Positions 41,781 to 51,905 are shown, numbered from the stretch's first letter. The stretch: DNA of 64,000 bases from an uncultured Blautia sp. (GCA_900547615.1 URHH01000001.1:2296-66295); one strand, 5' to 3'. Numbers and translations are program-made. The notes: generated by a model not told the origin, from the sequence alone.

Positions 41781-41809
41781 ATCTTATCCTACTTTTCTCC
41801 ACATGTCAA
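41781..41809 (-). promoter_or_regulatory. promoter for riboswitch #2/btuFCD (TTGACA-17-TAAGAT)
   Basis: Minus strand reads TTGACAtgtggagaaaagtaggaTAAGAT. Confidence 0.45.
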
Positions 41810-41822
41810 TTCGAAATATTTT

Positions 41823-42503
41823 CTACTCCAGCCCCAGTTTCTCCACAAACATTAAACAAAAACTGATAATCAGGCATCCACAAGATACCCAGATAACCGG
41901 AATTCCATATTTCAGAGAAAGAACGCCTCCAATTCCCGCTCCTACAGCAAAGAAAAAGATAATTCCAAAGTAGTAGCAGGCACTCTTTAAAAGTTCCGGA
42001 TTCTTTTCCCGGAAATAAGCAGAGAGCGCTGCTGTACCGCTTCTCATATTTCCAATGCACATGGTGCTGGCATACGCATATCCGTGAACCTTGCGGAATG
42101 TCTGAACCTGCATAGCACAGGCAAAGGATACAAGGAAAGTTGCCACAATATTTAAATTCGAAGGAAGGAAGCCCACAATAAAGAGAATTATAATTTCATG
42201 GAAAAGAACATCCTGCCTCCAGTGAAGCATTCTTCCTTCCCTGCTTCTTCCCCGAATCTGCTCTGCCGCCATGACTCCAAAGATAAAAGCAATCAACGGA
42301 AACAGATAATGAAGAGCAGCAATCCACTCTCCGGACATGATATGCTGGCTCATAAGAACTACATTTCCTGTCTGAGCATTGGAAAACACCTCATCCCTCG
42401 TATTATAGGTATAAGCATCCTGCAATCCGCCGGAAAAAGCAAGAAACATATTGTTAATAAACGCCTCCGACATCTGAATGTTCGAAGAGTGGATTTTTTT
42501 CAT
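41823..42503 (-). CDS. DUF1275/YoaK-family integral membrane protein
   Basis: 226 aa, 6 TM helices. Last gene of the hdr-flx-frd-fum operon (1-nt gap to fumB). Confidence 0.65.
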   Translation of the reverse strand: MKKIHSSNIQMSEAFINNMFLAFSGGLQDAYTYNTRDEVFSNAQTGNVVLMSQHIMSGEWIAALHYLFPLIAFIFGVMAAEQIRGRSREGRMLHWRQDVLFHEIIILFIVGFLPSNLNIVATFLVSFACAMQVQTFRKVHGYAYASTMCIGNMRSGTAALSAYFREKNPELLKSACYYFGIIFFFAVGAGIGGVLSLKYGIPVIWVSCGCLIISFCLMFVEKLGLE

Positions 42504-42504
42504 T

Positions 42505-43074
42505 TTACTGTCTCTCCATTTCCTTTTTTCTTAAATATTCTGCTCTGCCGTCTTCATAAAGATTATTTCCTTCGCTGTCAATAATCACTACGAGCGGCAT
42601 ATCTTCCACGTATAATTTACGCAGTGCTTCTGCGCCCAGATCTTCATATGCGATCAGCTCTGCTTTTTTAATACATTTTGCAAGAAGGGCTCCGGCTCCG
42701 CCAATTGCCCCGAAATATACACCGCTGTATTTTTTCATAGCGTCCACAACCTCAGGAAGGCGCGCACCTTTTCCGATCATACCCCTTGCGCCTACAGACA
42801 TCATAGTAGGAGCGTACGCGTCCATACGGCCGCTTGTTGTAGGACCTGCTGAACCGATTACCTGTCCCGGTTTTGCAGGGGTAGGTCCTACATAATATAT
42901 GGTTGCATCTGCCGGATCAAAAGGAAGTTTTTCCCCTTTTTCAAGAGCCTCACACATTCTCTTATGCCCGGCATCTCTTGATGTGTAAATGGTTCCTGTT
43001 AACAGTACCCGGTCTCCTGCGTGAAGAGATTTTGCAAGCTCCTCTGTGAGAGGCAATGTAATACGTCTTTCCAT
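42505..43074 (-). CDS. fumB: class I (Fe-S) fumarate hydratase/L(+)-tartrate dehydratase beta subunit
   Basis: 189 aa. Matches the Fe-S hydro-lyase tartrate/fumarate beta subunit (GGAGALLAK...). Abuts the alpha subunit. Confidence 0.85.
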   Translation of the reverse strand: MERRITLPLTEELAKSLHAGDRVLLTGTIYTSRDAGHKRMCEALEKGEKLPFDPADATIYYVGPTPAKPGQVIGSAGPTTSGRMDAYAPTMMSVGARGMIGKGARLPEVVDAMKKYSGVYFGAIGGAGALLAKCIKKAELIAYEDLGAEALRKLYVEDMPLVVIIDSEGNNLYEDGRAEYLRKKEMERQ

Positions 43075-43917
43075 TTAAATCACCTCCGTTTTATGGCGAG
43101 TCACATGACAGTTAATGTTAATCGCACATGGCATTCCTGCAATATGAGTTGGAAGCGTCTCAATATTTAAACCAATTGCCGTCGTCTTTCCGCCAAAGCC
43201 CTGCGGTCCGATTCCAAGTTCATTGATTTTTTCCAGCATCTCTTTTTCCAGCTCTGCATAAAACGGATCCGGATTTTCAGAGTCAATCGGACGCATAAGT
43301 GCCTTTTTCGCAAGGAGCGCCGCTTTATCGAATGTTCCGCCGATTCCCACGCCCACTACCATAGGAGGACAAGGATTCGGACCTGCTGTCTCCACTGTCT
43401 CAAGAATAAAATCCTTAATTCCCTGAAGTCCTGCAGATGGCTTAAACATACGGATCGCACTCATATTTTCACTTCCAAAGCCTTTTGGTCCCAATGTAAC
43501 CTTCACCTGATCTCCCGGTACAATTTCCGTATAAAGCATAGCCGGTGTATTATCTCCTGTATTCCCTCTTCTTACCGGATCTTTTACAACAGATTTTCGA
43601 AGATAACCTTTATCATAACCACGGCGTACACCTTCATTCACTGCCTCAGTGAGATCGCCTCCTACAAAATGCACATCCTGACCGATTTCAAGAAATACAC
43701 ATGCCATTCCTGTGTCCTGACAGATCGGAACATTTTCCCTGTCCGCAATCTCAAAATTTTCAATAATATTGTCCAGGATTCCCTGTGCAATCTCTCCATC
43801 TTCACAGGCACGACAATTTTTAATAGCGCACTTTACATCCTCCGGCAAATGATTATTTGCCTCAATACAGAGCTTTTCAATTACTTCTGTAAGTCTGCTC
43901 ACTTCTATTTCACGCAT
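43075..43917 (-). CDS. fumA: class I (Fe-S) fumarate hydratase/tartrate dehydratase alpha subunit
   Basis: 280 aa. Fe-S hydro-lyase alpha subunit with conserved Cys ligands (C...C...C). Confidence 0.85.
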   Translation of the reverse strand: MREIEVSRLTEVIEKLCIEANNHLPEDVKCAIKNCRACEDGEIAQGILDNIIENFEIADRENVPICQDTGMACVFLEIGQDVHFVGGDLTEAVNEGVRRGYDKGYLRKSVVKDPVRRGNTGDNTPAMLYTEIVPGDQVKVTLGPKGFGSENMSAIRMFKPSAGLQGIKDFILETVETAGPNPCPPMVVGVGIGGTFDKAALLAKKALMRPIDSENPDPFYAELEKEMLEKINELGIGPQGFGGKTTAIGLNIETLPTHIAGMPCAININCHVTRHKTEVI

Positions 43918-43932
43918 TAGCTTTCACACTCC

Positions 43933-45534
43933 TTATCTCTCGTGACGGGCGTATTTTGGAAGAAGAAGCGGAGAAATATCCTCTGATTCCACACCTGCTT
44001 CTTTTAATTCCTCTGCGTATTTTTCAATGTGAGAAAGGGTCATCGTTCCAAGCTCTACTTCTTTCGCTTTTGCTGCTGCCGCCTTTCCTGCATTTCTTCC
44101 GAACACAATGATATCCAAAAGAGAATTTCCCATCAGACGGTTTCTTCCATGAATTCCTCCTACTGCTTCTCCTGCAACAAGAAGGTTGGAAATTGCTTTT
44201 GTAAATCCGTCTCCTCCGATTTCCAGTCCTCCGTTCTGATAATGAAGCGTTGGATATACAAGAATCGGCACTTTTCTCATATCAATATCGTAGTTCATAT
44301 ACATACGGAGCATTGCAGGAATTCTCTTTTCGATGGTTCCCTCTCCTCCGATTTTTTCAATCATTGGAGTATCCAGCCATACGCCGCTTCCAAGAGGTGT
44401 TGTTACTCCTTTATGACGATCTGTACATTCACGGATAATAGATGCAGCTGCAACATCGCGTGTCTCCAGCGGATGCATAAATGCCTCACCTTCTGCATTT
44501 ACAAGCATCGCTCCAAGAGAACGCACCTTCTCTGTTACAAGAGCTCCGTAAATCTGTGCCGGATATGCAACTCCTGTCGGATGATACTGAATGGTGTCCT
44601 GATAAAGAAGAGGCGCACCTGCACGATATCCGAGAATCAGTCCGTCTGCCGTTGCCCCGTAATGGTTGGATGTAGGGAAGTTCTGATAATGAAGGCGTCC
44701 TGCTCCTCCGGTTGCAATGATGACTGTTTTTGCTTTTGCCACCATGTAATCCTCTGTCTCCATATTTAAGAGAACAGCGCCTGCCACCTGACCTTTTTCG
44801 TCTTTAATCAGCTCTACGGCAGAAGTAAATTCCACAACCGGAATTCCTCTGTTGATTACTTCATCACGAAGAGTACGCATGATTTCCGCTCCGGAATAAT
44901 CTTTGCAGGCATGCATTCTCTTTCTGGATGTTCCGCCGCCATGGGTTGTCACCATATTTCCTTCTTCGTCTTTATCAAACATGACGCCAAGCTTATTTAA
45001 CCACTGGATCGCATCCGGTGCTTCCATAACAAGACGTTTTAAAAGCTCCGGTCTTGCAGCAAAATGACCGCCTCCAAATGCATCAAGATAATGCTGTACA
45101 GGAGAATCGTTTTCCTTATCAGCAGCCTGAATTCCGCCTTCTGCCATCATAGTATTGGCATCTCCAATACGCAGTTTTGTCACAATCATAACATTCGCAC
45201 CGGCTTCATGGGCCTCGATGGCTGCAGAAGCACCTGCACCGCCGCCGCCGATTACCAGCACGTCTGTCTCATAATCTACTTTACTCAAATCTACCTTATC
45301 TGTCAACAGGCGGCTGTTGGAATGAAGAAGATGTCCAAGCTCTGCCGGAACCTTCTGCCCTTTATTTGGTCCGATTTTAATTTCTACAAATCCGTCTTCT
45401 CTGTAATCCGGATGAAATTCTTTCAGAAGGACATCTTTTTCCTCTGCTGTCATTCGTCTCGGCTCCATGCCCATACGCGCATCTCTTGTTGCTTCCACCT
45501 TTTTTACAGATTCAAGCATTTCTGGTGTAAACAT
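43933..45534 (-). CDS. fumarate reductase/succinate dehydrogenase-family FAD flavoprotein (soluble FrdA-like) with ~90-aa N-terminal extension
   Basis: 533 aa. Rossmann VLVIGGGGAGASAAIEA. Dicarboxylate-binding HPTGVAY...PTLHYQNGGL (H-x-x-x-GG) and GRNRLMGNSLLD (R-x-LGGNSL) are typical of FrdA/SdhA/NadB. Confidence 0.8.
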   Translation of the reverse strand: MFTPEMLESVKKVEATRDARMGMEPRRMTAEEKDVLLKEFHPDYREDGFVEIKIGPNKGQKVPAELGHLLHSNSRLLTDKVDLSKVDYETDVLVIGGGGAGASAAIEAHEAGANVMIVTKLRIGDANTMMAEGGIQAADKENDSPVQHYLDAFGGGHFAARPELLKRLVMEAPDAIQWLNKLGVMFDKDEEGNMVTTHGGGTSRKRMHACKDYSGAEIMRTLRDEVINRGIPVVEFTSAVELIKDEKGQVAGAVLLNMETEDYMVAKAKTVIIATGGAGRLHYQNFPTSNHYGATADGLILGYRAGAPLLYQDTIQYHPTGVAYPAQIYGALVTEKVRSLGAMLVNAEGEAFMHPLETRDVAAASIIRECTDRHKGVTTPLGSGVWLDTPMIEKIGGEGTIEKRIPAMLRMYMNYDIDMRKVPILVYPTLHYQNGGLEIGGDGFTKAISNLLVAGEAVGGIHGRNRLMGNSLLDIIVFGRNAGKAAAAKAKEVELGTMTLSHIEKYAEELKEAGVESEDISPLLLPKYARHER

Positions 45535-45548
45535 ATAGGTTGTCCTCC

Positions 45549-46217
45549 TTATTTCTCAATTTCCCTTGTATTGTAAAGTTCCTGCATCTCTGTAATCGGC
45601 TTCTGCATAATCTGCTCAATGAGCTCATCATATTCGCCGTGGTGAATTTCCTCCACTCTCTTATTGAGGTGCTCTGCTTCCGGTGCAATATATTTTCCTG
45701 TGAGACGTCTCGCGAGAACGCCCACCATCGGATGAGAAATGCCGGCCGGACATCTTACGGAACAGCAGCCGCAGCCTACACAGTCAAAGGATTCCTCCGC
45801 ACATTTTTCCAGCTCTCCCCTCTGTGCATAAGCAATGTACTGCATAACATTTAAGTCCTGAGTACATGCTTTTGTACAGGCATTACAGCCGATACAGCTG
45901 TAAATTTCCGGATAGAGCTCCATCATAACCTGCTGTGTCGGTTTGATTTCTTCTATATCATAAGTTCTTTTATCTGTCGGGAAAAACGGAATACTTGCAA
46001 CATACATTCCCTCTTCCACCTGTGTCTGACAGGCAAGGCAGGTTTTCAGCTCATTTTTTCCCTTGATTCTGTAAATTGTAGCACAGGCTCCGCAGAAACC
46101 GTGGCGGCAGCCTCTCTTTAATGTGTAGCCTGCATATTCCATAGCTGTCATGATGGTAAGGTCTGCCGGTACGCTGTATTTCTTACCGAAAAAATATACG
46201 TTTACCATTTTATCCAT
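45549..46217 (-). CDS. succinate dehydrogenase/fumarate reductase iron-sulfur subunit-like protein (2Fe-2S + two cubane clusters)
   Basis: Start chosen at MDKMVNVYFFG. CRHGFCGACA matches the 2Fe-2S motif of SdhB/FrdB. CIGCNACTKAC and CVGCGCCSVRCP are the [4Fe-4S]/[3Fe-4S] motifs. Confidence 0.7.
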   Translation of the reverse strand: MDKMVNVYFFGKKYSVPADLTIMTAMEYAGYTLKRGCRHGFCGACATIYRIKGKNELKTCLACQTQVEEGMYVASIPFFPTDKRTYDIEEIKPTQQVMMELYPEIYSCIGCNACTKACTQDLNVMQYIAYAQRGELEKCAEESFDCVGCGCCSVRCPAGISHPMVGVLARRLTGKYIAPEAEHLNKRVEEIHHGEYDELIEQIMQKPITEMQELYNTREIEK

Positions 46218-46239
46218 TTTCAAATACCTGTCCTTTCTA

Positions 46240-47094
46240 TCAGTACTCCTGGGGCAATTCTTCAATTTCATCAAAGCGGAAAACAGGACCGTCTTTACAT
46301 ACGTATTTCGATCCGATGTTGCATCGTCCGCATTTTCCTACTCCACATTTCATGCGAAGTTCAAGAGTTGTATACACCTGCTCATCGGTAAAGCCCATTT
46401 CCTTTAATCCCGCAAGAACAAACTTAATCATGATCGGCGGTCCGCAGACAAGAGCAACTTTATCTGTATCAAAACCGATTTCCTTTAAATATGTCGGAAC
46501 AAATCCAACGTGACCATCCCAGCCTTCCTGTTCCCGGTCTATGGTAAGGTATACATTTACTCCTTCTGTTTTCATCCACACTTCCTGAATTTCCTTTAAC
46601 TGAACCAGATCGTCTGCAGAACGGGAGCCGTAAAGAATATCAACTGTACCATAATTCTCACGGTTATCAAGAACATAATTAATCACAGAACGAAGCGGCG
46701 CAAGACCGATTCCTCCTGCAATAAACAGAAGATTTTTCCCTTTTAATTCTGTCTCCACAGGAAAAGAATTTCCATATGGTCCTCTTACTGTAATTTCATC
46801 TCCAACAGAAAGGCTGTGAAGATAATCTGTAAGAACACCGCATTTTTTTATGCTGAATTCCTGATATTCTTTATTGGTGGGAGAAGATGTAATCGAAAAC
46901 ATTCCCTCACTGATACCCGGTGCACAGAGCATGGCGCACTGTCCCGGCATATGTTCGAAAAGCTTTCCGCCTTCCGGAGCATTGACCCGGAATGTTTTTA
47001 CATCCGGTGTCTCCTCACGAATATCTGTAATAACTCCAACCTTTGGAATCAATGTGTCTAATGTATAATTTTTATGACAGGTGCATTCACTCAT
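46240..47094 (-). CDS. FlxA-like NAD(P)H-binding FAD flavoprotein with C-terminal 2Fe-2S (sulfhydrogenase gamma / DHOD electron-transfer subunit family)
   Basis: 284 aa. FAD/NAD-binding FNR-like fold (GGIGLAPL) and C-terminal CGVGKCGRC cluster. Confidence 0.65.
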   Translation of the reverse strand: MSECTCHKNYTLDTLIPKVGVITDIREETPDVKTFRVNAPEGGKLFEHMPGQCAMLCAPGISEGMFSITSSPTNKEYQEFSIKKCGVLTDYLHSLSVGDEITVRGPYGNSFPVETELKGKNLLFIAGGIGLAPLRSVINYVLDNRENYGTVDILYGSRSADDLVQLKEIQEVWMKTEGVNVYLTIDREQEGWDGHVGFVPTYLKEIGFDTDKVALVCGPPIMIKFVLAGLKEMGFTDEQVYTTLELRMKCGVGKCGRCNIGSKYVCKDGPVFRFDEIEELPQEY

Positions 47095-48134
47095 TCCCTG
47101 TTACCTCCCTGTTTCTGAAAGGACTTGATCACTTTTACAATATTTAACGCGGACGGACATTTTTCCACGCATCGTCCACAGCCTACGCAGGAATACATTC
47201 CATCGTTGTTTGCCGGGAAATATACAAGCTTGTGCATAAATCTCTGGCGAAATCTCTGCATCTGGCTTGTACGGTTATTTCCGTGTGCCATCATGGTAAA
47301 ATCCGAATACATACAGGAATCCCAGCAGCGGTATCTCTGTACCCCATGACCTGTATCATAATCCTTAATGTCGTAGCACTGGCATGTAGGACATACAAAA
47401 GTACAGGTTCCACATGCAAGACACGGTTTATAAAGCTCCTCCCAGAGAGGAGAATCAAATTTTTCTTTTAAAGCGTCTCCATTCCAGCCATCAAGAGAAA
47501 GATCAGAATACGGAAGCTTATCCACAACAGCTCTTATGGAAGCCTTCTCTTTTTCCACACATTCCGCATCTTCTCCGCCTACTTCCTCCAGAAGGCTCTT
47601 CACTGCCTCTGTAAGCGCCTCTCCCTTGTCTGTATTTGGTTGCCAGAAAAGCGTATCTCCTGTCTGCCAGACAGAAACGTCTCCTGCCGGCTCTGCCGCA
47701 TCAATCCCGAACGCCTTACAAAAACATGTCTCCTCCGGCTCAGAACAGGCAAATGCAACGATTGTTCCATGCTCTCTTCTTGCCGCATAAAAACTGTCTA
47801 CCGGATCTGCAAGAAAGACTTTATCAAGAACTTCCACGCCTCTTACGTCACAGGCCTTCATTCCGAAAACAACAAAATCCTGCTCTTTTAACGCTTCCGG
47901 TTCTACCTTTATTTTCTTTCCGTCACGGACACAGGTATAAAGGTTCTCACTCTGTGGAAAAAAAGCATCTTTAGGCGATTTTACTGTTTTTAATGTGTCA
48001 AGATCGATCTCTGCCTCTTCACTCCACGCCGCAAAATTCGTCTGTCCGTTTGTATTTACCGGAAGATACAGCTCCCTTGCCTCTGCAATGAGAGCAAACA
48101 GCCCGGAAAGCTTTTCTTTTGCTATCTTATACAT
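47091..48134 (-). CDS. FlxB-like iron-sulfur protein (sulfhydrogenase beta / AsrA-like, 4Fe-4S dicluster)
   Basis: 347 aa. CLACGTCTFVCPTCQC and CVGCGRCVEKCP ferredoxin motifs. Confidence 0.6.
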   Translation of the reverse strand: MYKIAKEKLSGLFALIAEARELYLPVNTNGQTNFAAWSEEAEIDLDTLKTVKSPKDAFFPQSENLYTCVRDGKKIKVEPEALKEQDFVVFGMKACDVRGVEVLDKVFLADPVDSFYAARREHGTIVAFACSEPEETCFCKAFGIDAAEPAGDVSVWQTGDTLFWQPNTDKGEALTEAVKSLLEEVGGEDAECVEKEKASIRAVVDKLPYSDLSLDGWNGDALKEKFDSPLWEELYKPCLACGTCTFVCPTCQCYDIKDYDTGHGVQRYRCWDSCMYSDFTMMAHGNNRTSQMQRFRQRFMHKLVYFPANNDGMYSCVGCGRCVEKCPSALNIVKVIKSFQKQGGNRE

Positions 48135-48149
48135 ACCTTATCCCCTTTC

Positions 48150-49112
48150 TCACACACTGCCCGGCTCTGCATCATCAAAAGTAAAACTTGTAAGCGGACC
48201 TTTTGACTCAGCATCCTCTCCTGCCTGATACTCTCCGTAAAGCATATCAATATCTTTGATAAACTTTCTGTTAAACAGATGAAGGGGAATCCCCTGCGGA
48301 CATACTCTGCTGCACTCGCCGCAGTCGGTACATCTTCCTGCCACATGGAAGGCACGGATAATATGGAACATTTTTTCCTCAAAAGAATCCGCATTCGCCT
48401 TCTGGCTGCTGTCAAATTTATTGCTGTCAAACACGCATTTTCTGCAGGAACATGCAGGACATACATTACGACAGGCATTGCATCGGATACATTTGCTTAA
48501 TTCCTTCTGGAAAAATGCAAATTTTTCTTCCGGGCTCATTGCCTCGATTCTCTCTACTTCAGCAAAACGGTCTGCATCCTTTGTATCTTTCGATTCGCCA
48601 AGGAGCTCATCATAAATCTGATGCTCTTTTCCTTTGCACACATGGCATCTCTCCAGCATTGCATCTTTATAGGAGCATGTTTTTTCTCCGTAAATGGTCT
48701 GAATTTTCAATGTATCACAGGCATCTTCCGCCTCAGCGCCCTGAATACTTTCAATTCCCTTAATTCCCATTTTTTTGATTTTCTCTATATCAAGCTTTCC
48801 TTTGCAGCCGATTCCGATAATATACGCTTTCTCCCTGTCTACACGATGTTCTTTTATAAGCTGATTGAAGCTGTATGTATCACATGGCTTTAAGAACACG
48901 AGAGTTTTCCCCTCCATTTTGGAGGCTGCAATCATATATTTACTTAAATTCGCACCACAAAATCCATTATATACAAGATTGTCCAGATCTTCCGCCTTAT
49001 CAAAAAACGCCGGCTCCGGATTGTAGGAGAGATCTCCTGCCTTCCATCCAAGAACCTGTGTTACCTCTCCGGAAGAAAGCAGTTCTTTTGCACGTTCAAT
49101 CATTTCCCGCAT
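48150..49112 (-). CDS. FlxC-like iron-sulfur protein (4Fe-4S dicluster domain)
   Basis: 320 aa. CIRCNACRNVCPACSC and CTDCGECSRVCP motifs. Confidence 0.6.
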   Translation of the reverse strand: MREMIERAKELLSSGEVTQVLGWKAGDLSYNPEPAFFDKAEDLDNLVYNGFCGANLSKYMIAASKMEGKTLVFLKPCDTYSFNQLIKEHRVDREKAYIIGIGCKGKLDIEKIKKMGIKGIESIQGAEAEDACDTLKIQTIYGEKTCSYKDAMLERCHVCKGKEHQIYDELLGESKDTKDADRFAEVERIEAMSPEEKFAFFQKELSKCIRCNACRNVCPACSCRKCVFDSNKFDSSQKANADSFEEKMFHIIRAFHVAGRCTDCGECSRVCPQGIPLHLFNRKFIKDIDMLYGEYQAGEDAESKGPLTSFTFDDAEPGSV

Positions 49113-49543
49113 CGCAAATCCTCCAGTCTCACATTTTTACCAAGAGAATAAATCTTTTCCACAAACTCATTCATAGTTGTAGAGAATTTTACACCTTCTG
49201 CAGCAGATACCCACTCCACGCGCGTACGGCCGTGCTCCACGCCAATATAATCCAGCATGGAAAAGAGAAGCGTCATTCTTCTTCTGGCATAATAATTTCC
49301 GGTGCTGTAATGACAGTCTCCCGGATGACATCCGCACATGATCACTCCATCTGCGCCTTTTTCAAAGGCTCTTAAAATGAACATTGGATTTACGCGGCAG
49401 GAGCATGGAACACGGATAATTTTTACATCTGCCGGATAGGTAAGACGGCTGCTTCCTGCAAGGTCTGCACCTGCATAGCTGCACCAGTTACAGCAGAATG
49501 CCACGATTTTCGGTCTGAATTCTTCTTTTGCTTCTATCGACAT
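49100..49543 (-). CDS. MvhD/FlxD-like protein (methyl-viologen-reducing hydrogenase delta subunit family)
   Basis: Start chosen at MSIEAKEEF... IVAFCCNWCSYAGADLAG...IIRVPCSCRVNP...GADGVIMCGCHPGDCHY is the MvhD signature. Confidence 0.7.
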   Translation of the reverse strand: MSIEAKEEFRPKIVAFCCNWCSYAGADLAGSSRLTYPADVKIIRVPCSCRVNPMFILRAFEKGADGVIMCGCHPGDCHYSTGNYYARRRMTLLFSMLDYIGVEHGRTRVEWVSAAEGVKFSTTMNEFVEKIYSLGKNVRLEDLRCGK

Positions 49544-51522
49544 ATTGCATCTACCTCCGCTAAAATCTGTCTGTTGGAGAATCCCTGAAGGTCCATTGCA
49601 CCGGAAGGACAGGTAACAGTGCAGGCACCGCAGCCCTGACACAAAGCGTCATTTACAACGGCAATTCGGCGCACCTCGCGGATTCCGTGGTCGTTTACTT
49701 CTTTTTCTTCATAAGTGATCGCTCCATAAGGACATACGTTCGCGCATGTGGAGCATCCGTTGCAGAGAAGCTCATCGGATTTTGCAGTACATGGATTTGT
49801 CATAAGCTTGTCTTTTGCAAGAAGTCCAATCGCTTTTACTGCCGCAGCTCCCGCCTGAGCAACTGTCTCCGGAATATCCTTTGGTCCCTGGCATACACCG
49901 GAAAGGAAAATACCTGCGGTAGGAGATTCTACCGGGCGAAGCTTTGCGTGTGCTTCTGTAAGGAAATTATTTGTATCAATACTTGCAGTCAGCATAGTTG
50001 CAATCCGGCGTACATCCGGTTCCGGCTCAATTGCAGCCGCAAGAACAACCATATCTGCCTCTTTTAAAATCTGTTTATTATCAAGAAGGTCCACACCCTG
50101 TACAAGAAGTTTTCCATCCGGCTGTGGAATTACCTTTCCAACCTGGCCTTTTACGTAGTTTACGCCGTACTGCTCTACTGCTCTCCTGTAAAACTCGTCA
50201 AAGTTTTTACCAGGTGTACGAACATCAATATAAAATACGGTTACATTTACATCCGGATATTTGTCACGGATCAGCATGGCGTGTTTTGCTGTATACATAC
50301 AACAGATTTTAGAGCAGTAGCTCTTTCCTCTGTCATCTGCACAGCGGCTTCCCACACATTGGATAAACACCATTTCCTTCGGCGCTTTTCCGTCTGAAAG
50401 GCGCTCAAGATGTCCTTTTGTAGGTCCTGCTGCATTCATAATACGCTCAAGCTCCAGAGAAGTAATAACGTCCTTGCTCTGACTGTATGCGTACTCGTCA
50501 TATTTATCCAGCTTAATCATATCAAAACCGGTTGCCACTACAATAGCACCGTATTTCTGTGTCACGATCTTGTCCTGCTGGTCATATTCAATTGCTCCTG
50601 CCTGACAGACTTTTGCACAGAGACCACATTTTCCTGTTTTAAACTTAATACAGTTTTCTCTGTCAATGACCGGCACATTTGGAATCGCCTGGGCAAACGG
50701 TGTGTAAATGGCGGTTCTGTTTCCAAGTCCTCTGTTAAACTCACTTGGAATTTTTTTGGAAGGACATTTTTCCTGACAGATGCCGCAGCCTGTACACTTA
50801 TCCATATTTACGCTTCTTGCTTTTTTACGGATGTCTACTGTGAAATCACCTACAAATCCAGTTACTTTTTCTACTTCACTATATGTATAGATATTGATTT
50901 TTTCGTGGGCTGCCGCCTCCACCATCTTCGGTGTCAGAATACAGGCAGAACAGTCAAGTGTAGGGAATGTCTTATCAAGCTGTGACATTCTTCCGCCGAT
51001 ACTTGGAGTTTTCTCCACAATGTCTACTTCATATCCTGCATCTGCAATATCAAGAGCAGTCTGGATTCCGGCAATACCGCCGCCAATTACAAGCGCTCTC
51101 TTTGTTACACGACTCTCGCCCGGTTTTAAAGGAGCATTTAAGTTTACTTTTGCAATGGCTGCTCTTGCAAGAATAACTGCTTTTTTTGTTGCCTCTTCCA
51201 TATCCTTGTGAATCCAGGAGCAGTGCTCGCGGATATTTGCGATTTCCACCATATATGGATTCAGTCCGGCTCTCTCTGCAGCCTTTCTGAAGGTTGCCTC
51301 ATGCATACGCGGGGAACAGGAGCATACTACGATTCCTGTAAGATTTTTTTCTTTGATCGCCTCTGCAATTTTCGCCTGTCCTGCTTCGGAGCACATATAT
51401 GGATAATCTTCCGCATGGACAACACCCGGCTCAAGAAGAGCCATCTCTGCTACTTTTTTAACGTCTACCGTTGCAGCAATATTGCTTCCGCAATGACAGA
51501 CAAATACGCCGATTCTCTGCAT
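49534..51522 (-). CDS. hdrA: heterodisulfide reductase subunit A-like FAD/Fe-S protein
   Basis: 662 aa. Cys-rich N-terminal domain, FAD Rossmann ALVIGGGIAGIQTALDIADAGYEVDIVEK, an inserted ferredoxin domain and C-terminal ferredoxin domains (CNGCSTCANVCP, CQGCGACTVTCP). Confidence 0.85.
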   Translation of the reverse strand: MQRIGVFVCHCGSNIAATVDVKKVAEMALLEPGVVHAEDYPYMCSEAGQAKIAEAIKEKNLTGIVVCSCSPRMHEATFRKAAERAGLNPYMVEIANIREHCSWIHKDMEEATKKAVILARAAIAKVNLNAPLKPGESRVTKRALVIGGGIAGIQTALDIADAGYEVDIVEKTPSIGGRMSQLDKTFPTLDCSACILTPKMVEAAAHEKINIYTYSEVEKVTGFVGDFTVDIRKKARSVNMDKCTGCGICQEKCPSKKIPSEFNRGLGNRTAIYTPFAQAIPNVPVIDRENCIKFKTGKCGLCAKVCQAGAIEYDQQDKIVTQKYGAIVVATGFDMIKLDKYDEYAYSQSKDVITSLELERIMNAAGPTKGHLERLSDGKAPKEMVFIQCVGSRCADDRGKSYCSKICCMYTAKHAMLIRDKYPDVNVTVFYIDVRTPGKNFDEFYRRAVEQYGVNYVKGQVGKVIPQPDGKLLVQGVDLLDNKQILKEADMVVLAAAIEPEPDVRRIATMLTASIDTNNFLTEAHAKLRPVESPTAGIFLSGVCQGPKDIPETVAQAGAAAVKAIGLLAKDKLMTNPCTAKSDELLCNGCSTCANVCPYGAITYEEKEVNDHGIREVRRIAVVNDALCQGCGACTVTCPSGAMDLQGFSNRQILAEVDAICR

Positions 51523-51527
51523 CAGCT

Positions 51528-51905
51528 TTACCTCCTGTATCTTCTGAATGCACTGACTAAAAGCTGCTGTGGAAGTTCCGGATCAAGAAGCTCCGGGATT
51601 TCATTTGGAGATAAATAATCCTGTCCCTTCTGACGGATCACCATCTGCCTTGCTGCATCAATTAATTTTCCCGGTTTCACATCCCTCGGACATCTCTCCA
51701 CACAGGCAAAACAGGAAAGGCATTTCCACAGAGATTTTGAATTTACAAGTGCCTCTATATCTTCATTTACCACATAAGAAACAAACTGATGCGGTTTAAT
51801 ATCCATCTCATTAAAGGAAGGACAGGAAGCGGAGCATTTTCCGCATTTCATACACTTCAGTGGATTTACACCGCTGATTTCTTTTATCATTTCTGCCTGA
51901 CTCAT
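51528..51905 (-). CDS. hdrC: heterodisulfide reductase subunit C-like (2x 4Fe-4S ferredoxin)
   Basis: 125 aa. CMKCGKCSASCP and CLSCFACVERCP. Confidence 0.75.
   Translation of the reverse strand: MSQAEMIKEISGVNPLKCMKCGKCSASCPSFNEMDIKPHQFVSYVVNEDIEALVNSKSLWKCLSCFACVERCPRDVKPGKLIDAARQMVIRQKGQDYLSPNEIPELLDPELPQQLLVSAFRRYRR

Noticed and set aside
44029-44769. 246-aa plus-strand ORF (and similar ORFs at 45064-45576 and 50410-50985)
   Set aside because: Antisense to the frdA-like and hdrA genes within a tightly packed minus-strand operon. Cys-rich junk translation.
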